From Candidatus Micrarchaeota archaeon (lineage in GTDB: Archaea > Micrarchaeota > Micrarchaeia > CABMEP01): DNA of 64,000 bases. The translations under genes were made by a program, and so were the position numbers. The notes beneath the pieces were generated by a model. The model had not been told where the DNA came from and did no database searches. It saw nothing but the letters and a program-made list of their open reading frames with translations. This document shows positions 50,165 to 58,998 of the stretch, piece by piece; position 1 is the stretch's first letter, and each line of letters opens with the position of its first letter. The stretch covers positions 6,623 to 70,622 of the forward strand of contig JAOAKO010000002.1 of assembly GCA_026413625.1 (NCBI GenBank), given 5' to 3'.

Positions 50165-51355
50165 ATGAGATTCACCAAGATATTGCCGATAGTATTCATG
50201 CTTTTAATTCCATTCATAAACGCCCAGCTGCAAAGCGAAGTCGGAAAGCAGTTCCAAGCAGTATGGCAGTCTTCAGGCTTTCCATGGGAACTTTTGGCAA
50301 TAGTTGCAGTGTTTATCGGCTTCAGCTATTCAGCGCTTTCATTCATGCTCTCAAAACTGTTCTCATCCAGCGATCTTGAAAAGATTGCGAAATATGAATT
50401 TCTTTACGCGATTTCGTCCTTGTTTTTAGTCGTTTTCATGATCTTTGTGATAGATATACTTGCCGTAAAATCGGGCCAGTATGTCTACCTCCTGTCACTA
50501 AATCTCGGGGACTCGCCATTCATGCAGAATTTAAAGGCCTACGCCGCAAGTTCGGGATACTCCCCGTTTGTCGTTGCGAAATTTTACCTTGACAGCTCAG
50601 CTGTAATCGCTAGGATGAGGTACCAGGAGGCCTTCTGCGCCGCCTTTCCTTTGATGGCGGTTTCTTCTCTAAGCAAGGAAAAGGGAGCAGACCTTTCGAA
50701 GGTTCCGGACAGCAAAATAAAAGACATGTTTTCATTTTTGACATCAAAAGGGCCTCTGTCTCAGACCGCAATCGCAGGGATAGGTCTATTAATAACTTCT
50801 CTACAGAAGGCAATGTCGAATTTGGCCTATTTGATATATTCAATATATTTCCAACAGCATCTGCTTAGTTTCATACAGAGCACCATGCTCACAATATTTT
50901 TGCCTGCAGGTTTGGTTTTAAGGTCTTTTCCATTCGTTAGGTCTATAGGAAATCTCCTGATCGCCATAGCAATAGGGTTGTATTTCGTGTATCCGATATC
51001 TTACAGCCTGTTCATAGTTATTTCTTCCCAAGGGAATACCCAATTAGGAAAGGTGTTCATAAGCGGGGAGGAGGCGAATATTCCGCTGACATGCGTCAGA
51101 ACCCTAGTTCCGGATTTAATCGTTTCCACCACAACTACAGTTTTCAAAATGATACAGGCTCCGTTTACAGAAAAAATATCGGTTGCTAGCGTGTTGAACG
51201 AGCAGATAAACAGGCTAATAACCGAGCTGATAATGCTTGGATTCGTGTTTCCATTCTTAGCCGCAGTATTAACATACACTTTCATAAAGTCATTCGGAAT
51301 GGTGCTGAACGCAGACATCCAAGAGTTTGCAGAAGGATTAGTCAAATTGATATGA
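50165..51355 (+). CDS. paralog F of the same family
   Basis: EKIAKYEFLYA. Central IFLPAGLVLRSFPFVRSIGNLLIAIAIGLYFVYPISY. C-terminal LNADIQEFAEGLVKLI. Confidence 0.7.
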   Translation: MRFTKILPIVFMLLIPFINAQLQSEVGKQFQAVWQSSGFPWELLAIVAVFIGFSYSALSFMLSKLFSSSDLEKIAKYEFLYAISSLFLVVFMIFVIDILAVKSGQYVYLLSLNLGDSPFMQNLKAYAASSGYSPFVVAKFYLDSSAVIARMRYQEAFCAAFPLMAVSSLSKEKGADLSKVPDSKIKDMFSFLTSKGPLSQTAIAGIGLLITSLQKAMSNLAYLIYSIYFQQHLLSFIQSTMLTIFLPAGLVLRSFPFVRSIGNLLIAIAIGLYFVYPISYSLFIVISSQGNTQLGKVFISGEEANIPLTCVRTLVPDLIVSTTTTVFKMIQAPFTEKISVASVLNEQINRLITELIMLGFVFPFLAAVLTYTFIKSFGMVLNADIQEFAEGLVKLI

Positions 51356-51414
51356 TTCATAGCAGATAAAAAGTTTATATATAAAATAAGCGTAATAAAA
51401 TCAATGGTGTTTGA

Positions 51415-53862
51415 ATGAAGGCGCGCACTATCATATTGGCATTGGCTTTTACATTGCAGCTTCTCGCATTCATATCTGCACAAGTAAAGACGCAGACCCT
51501 TCTATTGGAATTGAATTACCTTAAGCTGGACAACGATAACTATAATTTTTCAGCCAAGCTTGTTTCAATTTACATTCCGGAATCTAGTCAGACGCTGAAA
51601 GACCAGATAGAGACCGGGAAAGCAGACCCGTCCCAGCTTGTTAGCAAATTTGATTATTCTCCTTTGCCAAGCCAGGAAATAAAAGTCTATTCTATAAGTT
51701 CTTATGACGAGAATGTAAGGGAGCTGCTTTGCATAATGAAAACAGATGAAAATGGAGTTGGAAGTTGTGTGGCCAGAGCGACAGCCGCGACAGATAGGGA
51801 AATCCGCTTTGTCTATGAAGGAGATGAGACCCATGTCAGAACCCAAGGCTCCTTTGCAATAACAGGTTCATTTTCGTCTCCGCCTTTGAAGGATCTAATC
51901 GATGCAAGCTGGATAATTCTATTTATAATAATAGGCGTCTCCATAGCTGCGCTCTATGCTTCAGGAAGAGACCCAACTAGCATTTTAGATATAACCACTC
52001 CAAAAATAAAGGGGGTTAAATCGCCCAAGGCCCAAAAATTAAAATTTGAAGGGAAAGGAAAAGCGATATTAGCCGCATCCTCAGCATTGGCAGGAACAAC
52101 CGCCTTCTTAGGAAGAATGTACTGGAAAGGAAATTTAAACATAAGCGTTCTTAAGACTCTAAACACCACTGAGAAATACCTGTCTCCGCAAGAGAGAAGG
52201 GAAATAAAATCACTATACAACACCACTTCAGTGTTTGCAACTGCAAAGATAGCAGAGAAAGCAGCGGCAGTTAGACCAAAGCTGATTAAAATGATAAACA
52301 GCACCAACAGAAAGCTTCTAAGCAAACAAAAAGCGAAAGCAAAGCTACAGGAACTTAAGAACAGGCTAAAAACAGAAGGGGAGCAATGGAGGCTCCAGGA
52401 AATGGAGAAGAAGATAGATCGCGATATAGAGAGATATACGAGAGAGATACAAACATATGAAAAAGACCTAAGAGCAATGTCTTCAGAGGCATTGATTTCA
52501 TCCATCGGCCTCAACGATATTATTATCGATAGGTTTAAGGAGACAAAAGACACAATTGACAGCAAGATATTGTCTTCATTAATTCAATATATCAATGATC
52601 CAAGGAATGCAAAGCTTAATATCAAGGAAATCAAGGAGTATTCAATATTCTCGACCGATGCAATGGGAATAAAAGACATAGAAGCGGAAAACAGGGTGCA
52701 TTCGGTTTTTCTTGCTAAAATAGAATTAGAGCGCCTTTACATAGCGGAAGCAATAAAGGTACTGAATATAGTTTCAAACAAGTTCGATTCGCTATCCGGG
52801 GAAGAGAAAGCCAAATACTACAAAATATTAAACCTGCTTGAACCAGAAAAAGAAAGGCTTAATCATATAAAGGAAATCTATAAAAACAAGGAGATAATCA
52901 AGGAAAGCATAAAGGATTTAGGGATTGATTATTATCTGAATGAGTTAAAGAACAAGCTGAATTCGCTCAGCGCTGAATCAGAGGAATACAAAAAGCTTAG
53001 CTCCTTAATCGAGCAATTAAAAAACAAAAGCGACGAGGAGAAAATTAAAGAACTTGCAGATGTGCACCATCAAACAGGCGTAAAGCTTCATGATTCATTT
53101 TTGAGCGAAATTGCCAAAGCAAGAGAGAGCTTGAATAACTCAATAAACAACTTTTATTCTGAATATGAAAAGTATCACAAGAAAGAAACAACGGATATTG
53201 AGCAGACCGCTTTGAAGACAATCATAGAGTTTGGAGTTATGTCAAAAAAGGCAGCCGATTACTTTGCTGACATCAATTCAGGAAGAGTTCCTTATAGCCA
53301 TGACTATCCAAAATTGGATCAGGAGTCGGCAAAGAAGATATTTGATATAATCGCAATCAAATACGATCCAGAAATAAATTTCGAAATTTTGTACAACGCG
53401 TATATCTCTCCCTTCATGAAAGAGCACACGGTTGAATTTGCAAAAGAAAGAATTAGATATTTTGAAGACGAAGAAGTCGGAAGGACTGTTTTCGAAAAGC
53501 TGTTCAATGACATATGGTATCTGAGGATAGATCCAAAGGAGGAATATTACAACTTAGATATGAAGCTGATCGGCTATTACGGAGTTGAGAAAGCCTTGCA
53601 AAAGATGGAGACAGAGAAGATTATCCTCCGGGGCGAGCCGGATTGGGAAGGCAAGAAGGCAGCGCTCGACTATGCCGAATACTTCATAAGAACTTACAGT
53701 CCCGATAAGTTGGGCTATGATGAAAAGAAACAGATCGGCTATGAGGAGAAGAAACTTATCGGCTATGAGCAAAAGAAACAAATCGGATACGAATCAAAAA
53801 AACTAATCGAGTATAAAGGGAAAAAGAAGGAAAATTCAAAAGATGATAAGGACAAAGAGTGA
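51415..53862 (+). CDS. signal-peptide and single-TM protein with a ~600 aa K/E-rich coiled-coil domain and C-terminal octapeptide repeats
   Basis: N-terminal signal MKARTIILALAFTLQLLAFISAQ, a ~150 aa ectodomain, a TM helix WIILFIIIGVSIAALYA, a long heptad-rich region, then the C-terminal repeats LGYDEKKQIGYEEKKLIGYEQKKQIGYESKKLIEY. Confidence 0.65.
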   Translation: MKARTIILALAFTLQLLAFISAQVKTQTLLLELNYLKLDNDNYNFSAKLVSIYIPESSQTLKDQIETGKADPSQLVSKFDYSPLPSQEIKVYSISSYDENVRELLCIMKTDENGVGSCVARATAATDREIRFVYEGDETHVRTQGSFAITGSFSSPPLKDLIDASWIILFIIIGVSIAALYASGRDPTSILDITTPKIKGVKSPKAQKLKFEGKGKAILAASSALAGTTAFLGRMYWKGNLNISVLKTLNTTEKYLSPQERREIKSLYNTTSVFATAKIAEKAAAVRPKLIKMINSTNRKLLSKQKAKAKLQELKNRLKTEGEQWRLQEMEKKIDRDIERYTREIQTYEKDLRAMSSEALISSIGLNDIIIDRFKETKDTIDSKILSSLIQYINDPRNAKLNIKEIKEYSIFSTDAMGIKDIEAENRVHSVFLAKIELERLYIAEAIKVLNIVSNKFDSLSGEEKAKYYKILNLLEPEKERLNHIKEIYKNKEIIKESIKDLGIDYYLNELKNKLNSLSAESEEYKKLSSLIEQLKNKSDEEKIKELADVHHQTGVKLHDSFLSEIAKARESLNNSINNFYSEYEKYHKKETTDIEQTALKTIIEFGVMSKKAADYFADINSGRVPYSHDYPKLDQESAKKIFDIIAIKYDPEINFEILYNAYISPFMKEHTVEFAKERIRYFEDEEVGRTVFEKLFNDIWYLRIDPKEEYYNLDMKLIGYYGVEKALQKMETEKIILRGEPDWEGKKAALDYAEYFIRTYSPDKLGYDEKKQIGYEEKKLIGYEQKKQIGYESKKLIEYKGKKKENSKDDKDKE
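53713..53811 (+). repeat. four 24 bp tandem repeats (GGCTATGA.GA.AAGAAACA.ATC) encoding G-Y-(D/E)-E-K-K-(Q/L)-I
   Basis: Read directly in the sequence at the 3' end of ORF 51415-53862. Confidence 0.7.
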
Positions 53863-53868
53863 TCGTAT

Positions 53869-55938
53869 ATGCGCAAAAAATTATTTCTTTTTTCAGTGTT
53901 AGCAATCTTTTTTATTTTGCTGTCTGGCTGCATTAAGAAGGCAGAGCCAATGAGCAGCTATCTTACCGTGGAGCAAGTGAAATATCTTGAGCAGAAGTAT
54001 TCTTCAGTCAACGAATGCACGGCCATGGTGTGCAAATACGAGTCAAAAATTCAATCTATTTGGGATTGGTTCAAAGGAATTTTTACAGGAGTAGAATATC
54101 CTAATATAAAGAATTGCGAATTTAAGAGTTTTAACGTTGAGGCACAGAAAGACAAAAATACTCTTGACATGCTTACTGGAAAATACGGATTGACAAGTTC
54201 AAATAGCGAATTTGTTCAGTCCACAATGGTGGGCGTGGGAGATACGGTATCCGCAGGAGAAGACATGTTCGCAAAATGCAACGGAAATCTAGGCATAAAC
54301 CTCATCGACATATCAGAAATTCCTAAAGTGGGAAATGAAGCACCGTTCAAAACCAAGTTTTTGAATATGCAGTCATGCATTCTAAAGTCTGGAACCATTC
54401 CGTTTTATAAATACGGAAAGGTTGCAATGGACACATCTCTTTTAGGCAACATGCTTAGCAAAATGGGGCCGGTCTTCATTTCGCCAGGCTATGAATACAG
54501 CAAAGCCAGCTTCGACCCATCAATAGTACCGCCCACAGCCGCATTTTCTCAGCTAAATAGCACATGCAGCAACTGCATAATCACCGCAACCATAAAGTAC
54601 GGGGATTTCGACACGATAGAATCATACCGTTCTTCTGGTTTGTTGGTTTGGGAAAGCATTGACGTCATAGCATTTACAGTCAACATAAGTTCCTTTAGCT
54701 CATGCGATCCGTTCATTGTAATCAACAACGAAACAGACTCAATAAAGTGGTTTGCCCAAAATCTAACCGAAAGATATCACAAACCAGTAATAGTCATCGC
54801 TCACGGTAGGGAAGGAAGAAACTCGGCCAATACTTGCGAATGGACAAACAATTCGATCGCAAGATTTTACGAATATCTCATTAAGTACATTCCAGAGCTG
54901 ACATCTTCTGGAGTCATCGCAGTCATCGCTCCAGACGCTTCCCAGCTTCCATCTGACGCATATAAATCGCTCGGATTTTTCTGTACAATTTACTATTCCC
55001 CGGGAGGAACGGCCAGGAATTTTGCATCGTATGCAATTTTCTCAAAGCAAGGCGACAAACCTTCCCTATGCGGAGAATACAACGCTCCGATTAGAATGTT
55101 TTACGAGCCGATAAATTACAGCGCATTGCCTTCCCTTAATGCTAAAAAAGACGAGTCATGCAGCGCAAAGATGGCCCTAGATCTTAGCAGATTTAATGCA
55201 GGCACCTCTTCCAGCGGCATTTGTGCAAAAAACAATCTCACCATCCAAAATATGGCGGCAAAGCATTTCATAGATTCGTCACTTTATATGGCGGTTCTTC
55301 AGAAACTGGGATATTACCAATCTCAGTTTAGCCAAATTCAGCAGTACGAGAAACATTGCGGAACTAAATGCAACGCATATGCAAATGATGAGCAGAAAGA
55401 TCTGTGCTGTCTTGCCGAAACAATGGCATACTACCAAAACAAAACCATAAGCAAAAAAACGAGCATAGGCGATGGCGATCTTGCTTATTTCATTGCCTAC
55501 GGAACACTTAAGGGCGAATCTTCATATAATCAAGAATTCAACAGATACTCCCCGATTCAAATGGCCGAGGAAAGCGATTCGAAACAAATTTCATTGTCTT
55601 TCGCCTCTTCTTCCACGAATTCAAAATCAGCTTATCTGCAAACAGCGCAATGCGACCTGTATATGGCGCTTTGCAAGGATTATAAATTGTTAAGCTATTG
55701 CCAGCTTTATGATCAAATGTGCAAATACCAAACGCCTACGATACCTCCAACGCCAACACCTCCAACACCGCCAGGAAAACCCACTCCACCCGAAACGCCA
55801 ACTTCACCAACTCAACCAACCCAGCCAACCCAGCCCGGAACACCGCCGACAGGTGTAGACCAATTCGTTTATGATCCCAATGTAAAACAAGTACTGAACG
55901 ACGCAGTTGCAATAAGGATTGCCTGCGGCTTCAAATGA
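53869..55938 (+). CDS. large Cys-rich lipoprotein with C-terminal Pro/Thr-rich linker
   Basis: Lipobox-like LLSGC after a signal peptide. ~30 Cys residues. C-terminal PTIPPTPTPPTPPGKPTPPETPTSPTQPTQPTQPGTPPTG, then a short conserved-looking tail. Confidence 0.65.
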   Translation: MRKKLFLFSVLAIFFILLSGCIKKAEPMSSYLTVEQVKYLEQKYSSVNECTAMVCKYESKIQSIWDWFKGIFTGVEYPNIKNCEFKSFNVEAQKDKNTLDMLTGKYGLTSSNSEFVQSTMVGVGDTVSAGEDMFAKCNGNLGINLIDISEIPKVGNEAPFKTKFLNMQSCILKSGTIPFYKYGKVAMDTSLLGNMLSKMGPVFISPGYEYSKASFDPSIVPPTAAFSQLNSTCSNCIITATIKYGDFDTIESYRSSGLLVWESIDVIAFTVNISSFSSCDPFIVINNETDSIKWFAQNLTERYHKPVIVIAHGREGRNSANTCEWTNNSIARFYEYLIKYIPELTSSGVIAVIAPDASQLPSDAYKSLGFFCTIYYSPGGTARNFASYAIFSKQGDKPSLCGEYNAPIRMFYEPINYSALPSLNAKKDESCSAKMALDLSRFNAGTSSSGICAKNNLTIQNMAAKHFIDSSLYMAVLQKLGYYQSQFSQIQQYEKHCGTKCNAYANDEQKDLCCLAETMAYYQNKTISKKTSIGDGDLAYFIAYGTLKGESSYNQEFNRYSPIQMAEESDSKQISLSFASSSTNSKSAYLQTAQCDLYMALCKDYKLLSYCQLYDQMCKYQTPTIPPTPTPPTPPGKPTPPETPTSPTQPTQPTQPGTPPTGVDQFVYDPNVKQVLNDAVAIRIACGFK

Positions 55939-55970
55939 TTAAATGCGGCAAAAACAATAAAAAGCAGCTT

Positions 55971-56489
55971 TCATCTCTTAGGTATTATCGTTCTTAATAT
56001 TCCTCCGAATTTCTCCCTTGCCTTTCTAAATATGCCTATCTTTTCTGGGACATAGTTCTCCCAGAACCTGAACACTTTTTCAGCGTCTTTAGTGTCGAAA
56101 AAGAATATTATTGAGTCAAAAGCAGAGGTTACAGCGACTATGTTTATTCTTTGCTTTGCAAGAGGGGCAGTAAGCTTATTCAGCAAGCCCGGAGTGGTAA
56201 CCAGCTCAGGGCCGTTAACGCTTATCATACCGAGCCCCCTTCTTACAGCTATGCTTTCGAATGAACTTTCGGCGGCCTCTTCTGTCAAATATAAGATCGC
56301 CTTGTCGCTTTCCGCCTCGTCTATGAAAATTATCACTTCTTTTTCTCCTGTGGAAATCGCATAAATTTGAATCTTTTTATCCGCCAGCGGTTTAAGAAAT
56401 TTTCCAAGCACTGAAGGGGTGATTCTAGACCTCTCCCCAGTTATGCTTATTGCCGCTATCGGCCTTCGGTAATGTTTGATTGTCAACAT
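55971..56489 (-). CDS. tandem ACT-domain protein (stand-alone aspartokinase-regulatory-like)
   Basis: Two ACT-like beta-alpha-beta-beta-alpha-beta repeats (IAAISITGE..., GMISVNGPEL...), the same layout as the C-terminal regulatory region of aspartate kinases. No kinase domain. Confidence 0.5.
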   Translation of the reverse strand: MLTIKHYRRPIAAISITGERSRITPSVLGKFLKPLADKKIQIYAISTGEKEVIIFIDEAESDKAILYLTEEAAESSFESIAVRRGLGMISVNGPELVTTPGLLNKLTAPLAKQRINIVAVTSAFDSIIFFFDTKDAEKVFRFWENYVPEKIGIFRKAREKFGGILRTIIPKR

Positions 56490-56517
56490 ACTATAACCTC
56501 TTGCTTTTAACCATACA

Positions 56518-57417
56518 CTAAGAAAACAAAGCCTTAATTCTCTTCTTTAGACTTGGGTGAGTACTTATTATCTCTAGAGGGTTGTCCGGTTCCTTTTCAA
56601 CCGCAGCTAGAATGGCATTCGGATCGTTTTTTGATACCGCGCTAATCAGATTTGTCGAAACAGCGCCGTGTTCTGCAACATACAAAGTACTCAGCGATTC
56701 GTTAGCCCCTTCCTTTGGAATGTCGTATGTTATTTTGACCAATGCCCTTGCAAGCGGCATAGAATCCTTCATGATGTATGCGCTGTGCGCATCTGCGTAG
56801 TATTCTCTCTGCCTTGAAAGCCAGAGAACCACTAACTGACCGAGCAGTCTTGCAAGGATTGCACCTAAAAAGACAGCTATGGGATTCGGCCTTTCGTCTC
56901 TTCCGCTCATGTATGCGACAACTAGATAGTATAACAAAACAGGTATTACGCTTGCTATCGTCATTATGATGACATCGTTGTGCTTAATGTGGCCGACTTC
57001 ATGAGCAATCACTGCCTCCACTTCTTGCTTGTCAAGCCTTCTTAGCAATCCAGTATGAATTGCTATCCCAGCGTCGCTTTTCCCTCTTCCGAATGCAAAT
57101 GCATTTGGTATCGGGCTCTCTACAACATACAGCTTTGGCTTTGGAATCCCAGACTGCTTTGCTATTCTTTCTAATGCGGCATGAAGCTCAGGAGCTTCTG
57201 AAACGGAAACTTCTCTTGCGCCGCTTACCCATCTAACTATTATGGGTCCAAGATACCATTGTATCCCTAAAAAGATAAGACTGAAAAAGAAAACAGTCAG
57301 AACAGATATCTGACCGCCTGTCATTAGCATAATCACTCCAAGAATACCTGCAATAAGACCAAATACCAATGCAGTTGAAATCCATACCTGAATATCTGGG
57401 GAACCCTTTATCATCAT
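56518..57417 (-). CDS. htpX: M48 zinc metalloprotease HtpX
   Basis: HEVGHIKHND (HExxH), N-terminal TM helices, and ~299 aa. Confidence 0.85.
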   Translation of the reverse strand: MMIKGSPDIQVWISTALVFGLIAGILGVIMLMTGGQISVLTVFFFSLIFLGIQWYLGPIIVRWVSGAREVSVSEAPELHAALERIAKQSGIPKPKLYVVESPIPNAFAFGRGKSDAGIAIHTGLLRRLDKQEVEAVIAHEVGHIKHNDVIIMTIASVIPVLLYYLVVAYMSGRDERPNPIAVFLGAILARLLGQLVVLWLSRQREYYADAHSAYIMKDSMPLARALVKITYDIPKEGANESLSTLYVAEHGAVSTNLISAVSKNDPNAILAAVEKEPDNPLEIISTHPSLKKRIKALFS

Positions 57418-57445
57418 ATCACCTCTTTTTTATGCTCATTCTTGT

Positions 57446-57964
57446 TTATTTGATATTTATTCTTTTTTTCTTTTCGTCTTCCTTGGAAGGCTCTATCTTT
57501 TCGATAGTAACCTCCAAAACACCGTTATTATACTTAGCATCAGCTGTTTCAGGCTTTATTTTTGCAGGAAGTTCAAGTTTCTTGTAGTACTTTCTTTCCG
57601 GAGCGTCTACCTTTATTTCAAGACTTTTTTCTGTGGCGTTTAAATCTATGTCTTCCTTTCTTACCCCGGGCAGTTCTGCAATTATCTTTATGTTTTTCTT
57701 CTCATTGATTATATCGACAAGGGGCTCTCTTTTTTCTTCAAGCCCTTTTGGAGTCATCTGCGGTTTGTCTCCGAATTCCTGTATTATAGGTTTGCCGTCT
57801 GGACCTATCGTAATGGAAAATCCCCTTACAAATGACTTTCCTTCTCTTGCCCTCCTTTCAAGCTCATCGAAATCCTCAAATCCTCTCGTCATTTCTTCCA
57901 TCATTCTTTCAATCATTCTCTCAAAATCATCATCAAAAAAACTGAACCTTCTTCTTTTAACCAA
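57446..57964 (-). CDS. small heat-shock protein (Hsp20/alpha-crystallin family)
   Basis: Alpha-crystallin domain pattern IKIIAELPGVRKEDIDL...LEIKVD...GVLEVTIEK. Confidence 0.6.
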   Translation of the reverse strand: MVKRRRFSFFDDDFERMIERMMEEMTRGFEDFDELERRAREGKSFVRGFSITIGPDGKPIIQEFGDKPQMTPKGLEEKREPLVDIINEKKNIKIIAELPGVRKEDIDLNATEKSLEIKVDAPERKYYKKLELPAKIKPETADAKYNNGVLEVTIEKIEPSKEDEKKKRINIK

Positions 57965-58035
57965 ACTCCCACCTATAATATATTGTTTCTATACATTTTT
58001 ATTTTTATCTCTGCAAACTACTATCATCTTAGCCG

Positions 58036-58554
58036 GTGTTAGGAATGGGAAATTGGATAGTTCATTCAATAATAGGCATACTACTCGGTATCTTATGCAT
58101 ATTAACAAATTCAGGAATGGAGCAGAACGTATTGTTTGCAGCAGTGGTTGCAACAGTTTTAGGTTCCTTAATACCAGATATAGATCATAAAAAGAGCAAG
58201 ATTCGCAATTTTTTCAGGTGGCTGACCATAATAGCATTGCTGATTATAATCTATCTTACATTGTCAAACTATTTTAAAATAAGTGTGGACATTTCCTCAA
58301 TATTATCTAAGGATACAGCCGTATTATTTTTAGTATTCGCAATTTCTGTTTTTATTGCGTCGGTAATCACTTCTTTTATCGAGTCGCTCATTCCAAAACA
58401 CAGGGGCCCGATACATAGAATATTCGCTTCATTGATGTATTCCTTTTTAGTTTTTGCGGCAGCCTCATTTTTCGGCTTTAGCGAAGCTATGATAATTGCG
58501 TTCTGGGGGTTCGTAGGCTATCTTTCGCACATATTCATGGACATTCTTATATGA
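58036..58554 (+). CDS. DUF457-family membrane-bound metal-dependent hydrolase
   Basis: MGNWIVHSIIG start, conserved His residues, C-terminal HIFMDIL, and four TM helices. Confidence 0.55.
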   Translation: MLGMGNWIVHSIIGILLGILCILTNSGMEQNVLFAAVVATVLGSLIPDIDHKKSKIRNFFRWLTIIALLIIIYLTLSNYFKISVDISSILSKDTAVLFLVFAISVFIASVITSFIESLIPKHRGPIHRIFASLMYSFLVFAAASFFGFSEAMIIAFWGFVGYLSHIFMDILI

Positions 58555-58564
58555 GTTTAAAAAA

Positions 58565-58679
58565 GCGCGGGGTATGGGATTCGAACCCATATACCCTTTC
58601 GGGAACTGGTTTTCCCTTTGTTTAATTAGGGTAAAACAGAAATTCGAGACCAGCGCACTACCAGGTTATGCGAACCCCG
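58565..58679 (-). tRNA. intron-containing class II tRNA, most likely tRNA-Ser (anticodon CGA) with a ~31 nt intron 3' of position 37
   Basis: Acceptor GCGGGGU/ACCCCGC, D-arm, anticodon stem CUGGU...ACCAG interrupted after CUCGAA by a ~31 nt insert (UUUCUGUUUUACCCUAAUUAAACAAAGGGAA), a long variable arm UUCCCGAAAGGGUAU, T-arm AUGGG-UUCGAAU-CCCAU, discriminator G. Confidence 0.65.
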
Positions 58680-58749
58680 CACTGAATATAATATGCACTA
58701 ACTGCTTAAAAATCTTAAGCACAAAAGCATTTAAAAAAAGAAATGCTGA

Positions 58750-58971
58750 TCAGAATCTTCTCTGCTGTTTCTTCTTTCTTTCGTATACTCCAAGGCTTTT
58801 TCCACAGGATACGCAGTAGTAAACCTTCCGCTTTTCCATATATCTCAAATCATCAGCGCTCCTGAGATCCGTAGTATAAACTATCGGCCTGTAGTCAACC
58901 ACCGCCTTTCCTCTCGGGACGCTACGTCCGCAAGCATTGCATCTTACTAATGTTGTTTTTCCTCTTCCCAT
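58750..58971 (-). CDS. rps26e: 30S ribosomal protein S26e (eS26)
   Basis: Zinc-ribbon pattern VRCNACGRSVPRGKAV...YYCVSCGKS matches eS26 (CxxC...PKDKA...YCVSCA). SD-like AGGAGG upstream. Confidence 0.7.
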   Translation of the reverse strand: MGRGKTTLVRCNACGRSVPRGKAVVDYRPIVYTTDLRSADDLRYMEKRKVYYCVSCGKSLGVYERKKKQQRRF

Positions 58972-58998
58972 TTTATAACCTCCTGTGCGGTGAAATAA

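Noticed and set aside
51954-52565. 203 aa ORF antisense within the coiled-coil protein gene
   Set aside because: A shadow of the K/E-rich repetitive coding region on the opposite strand. Leu/Ser/Phe-rich low complexity.
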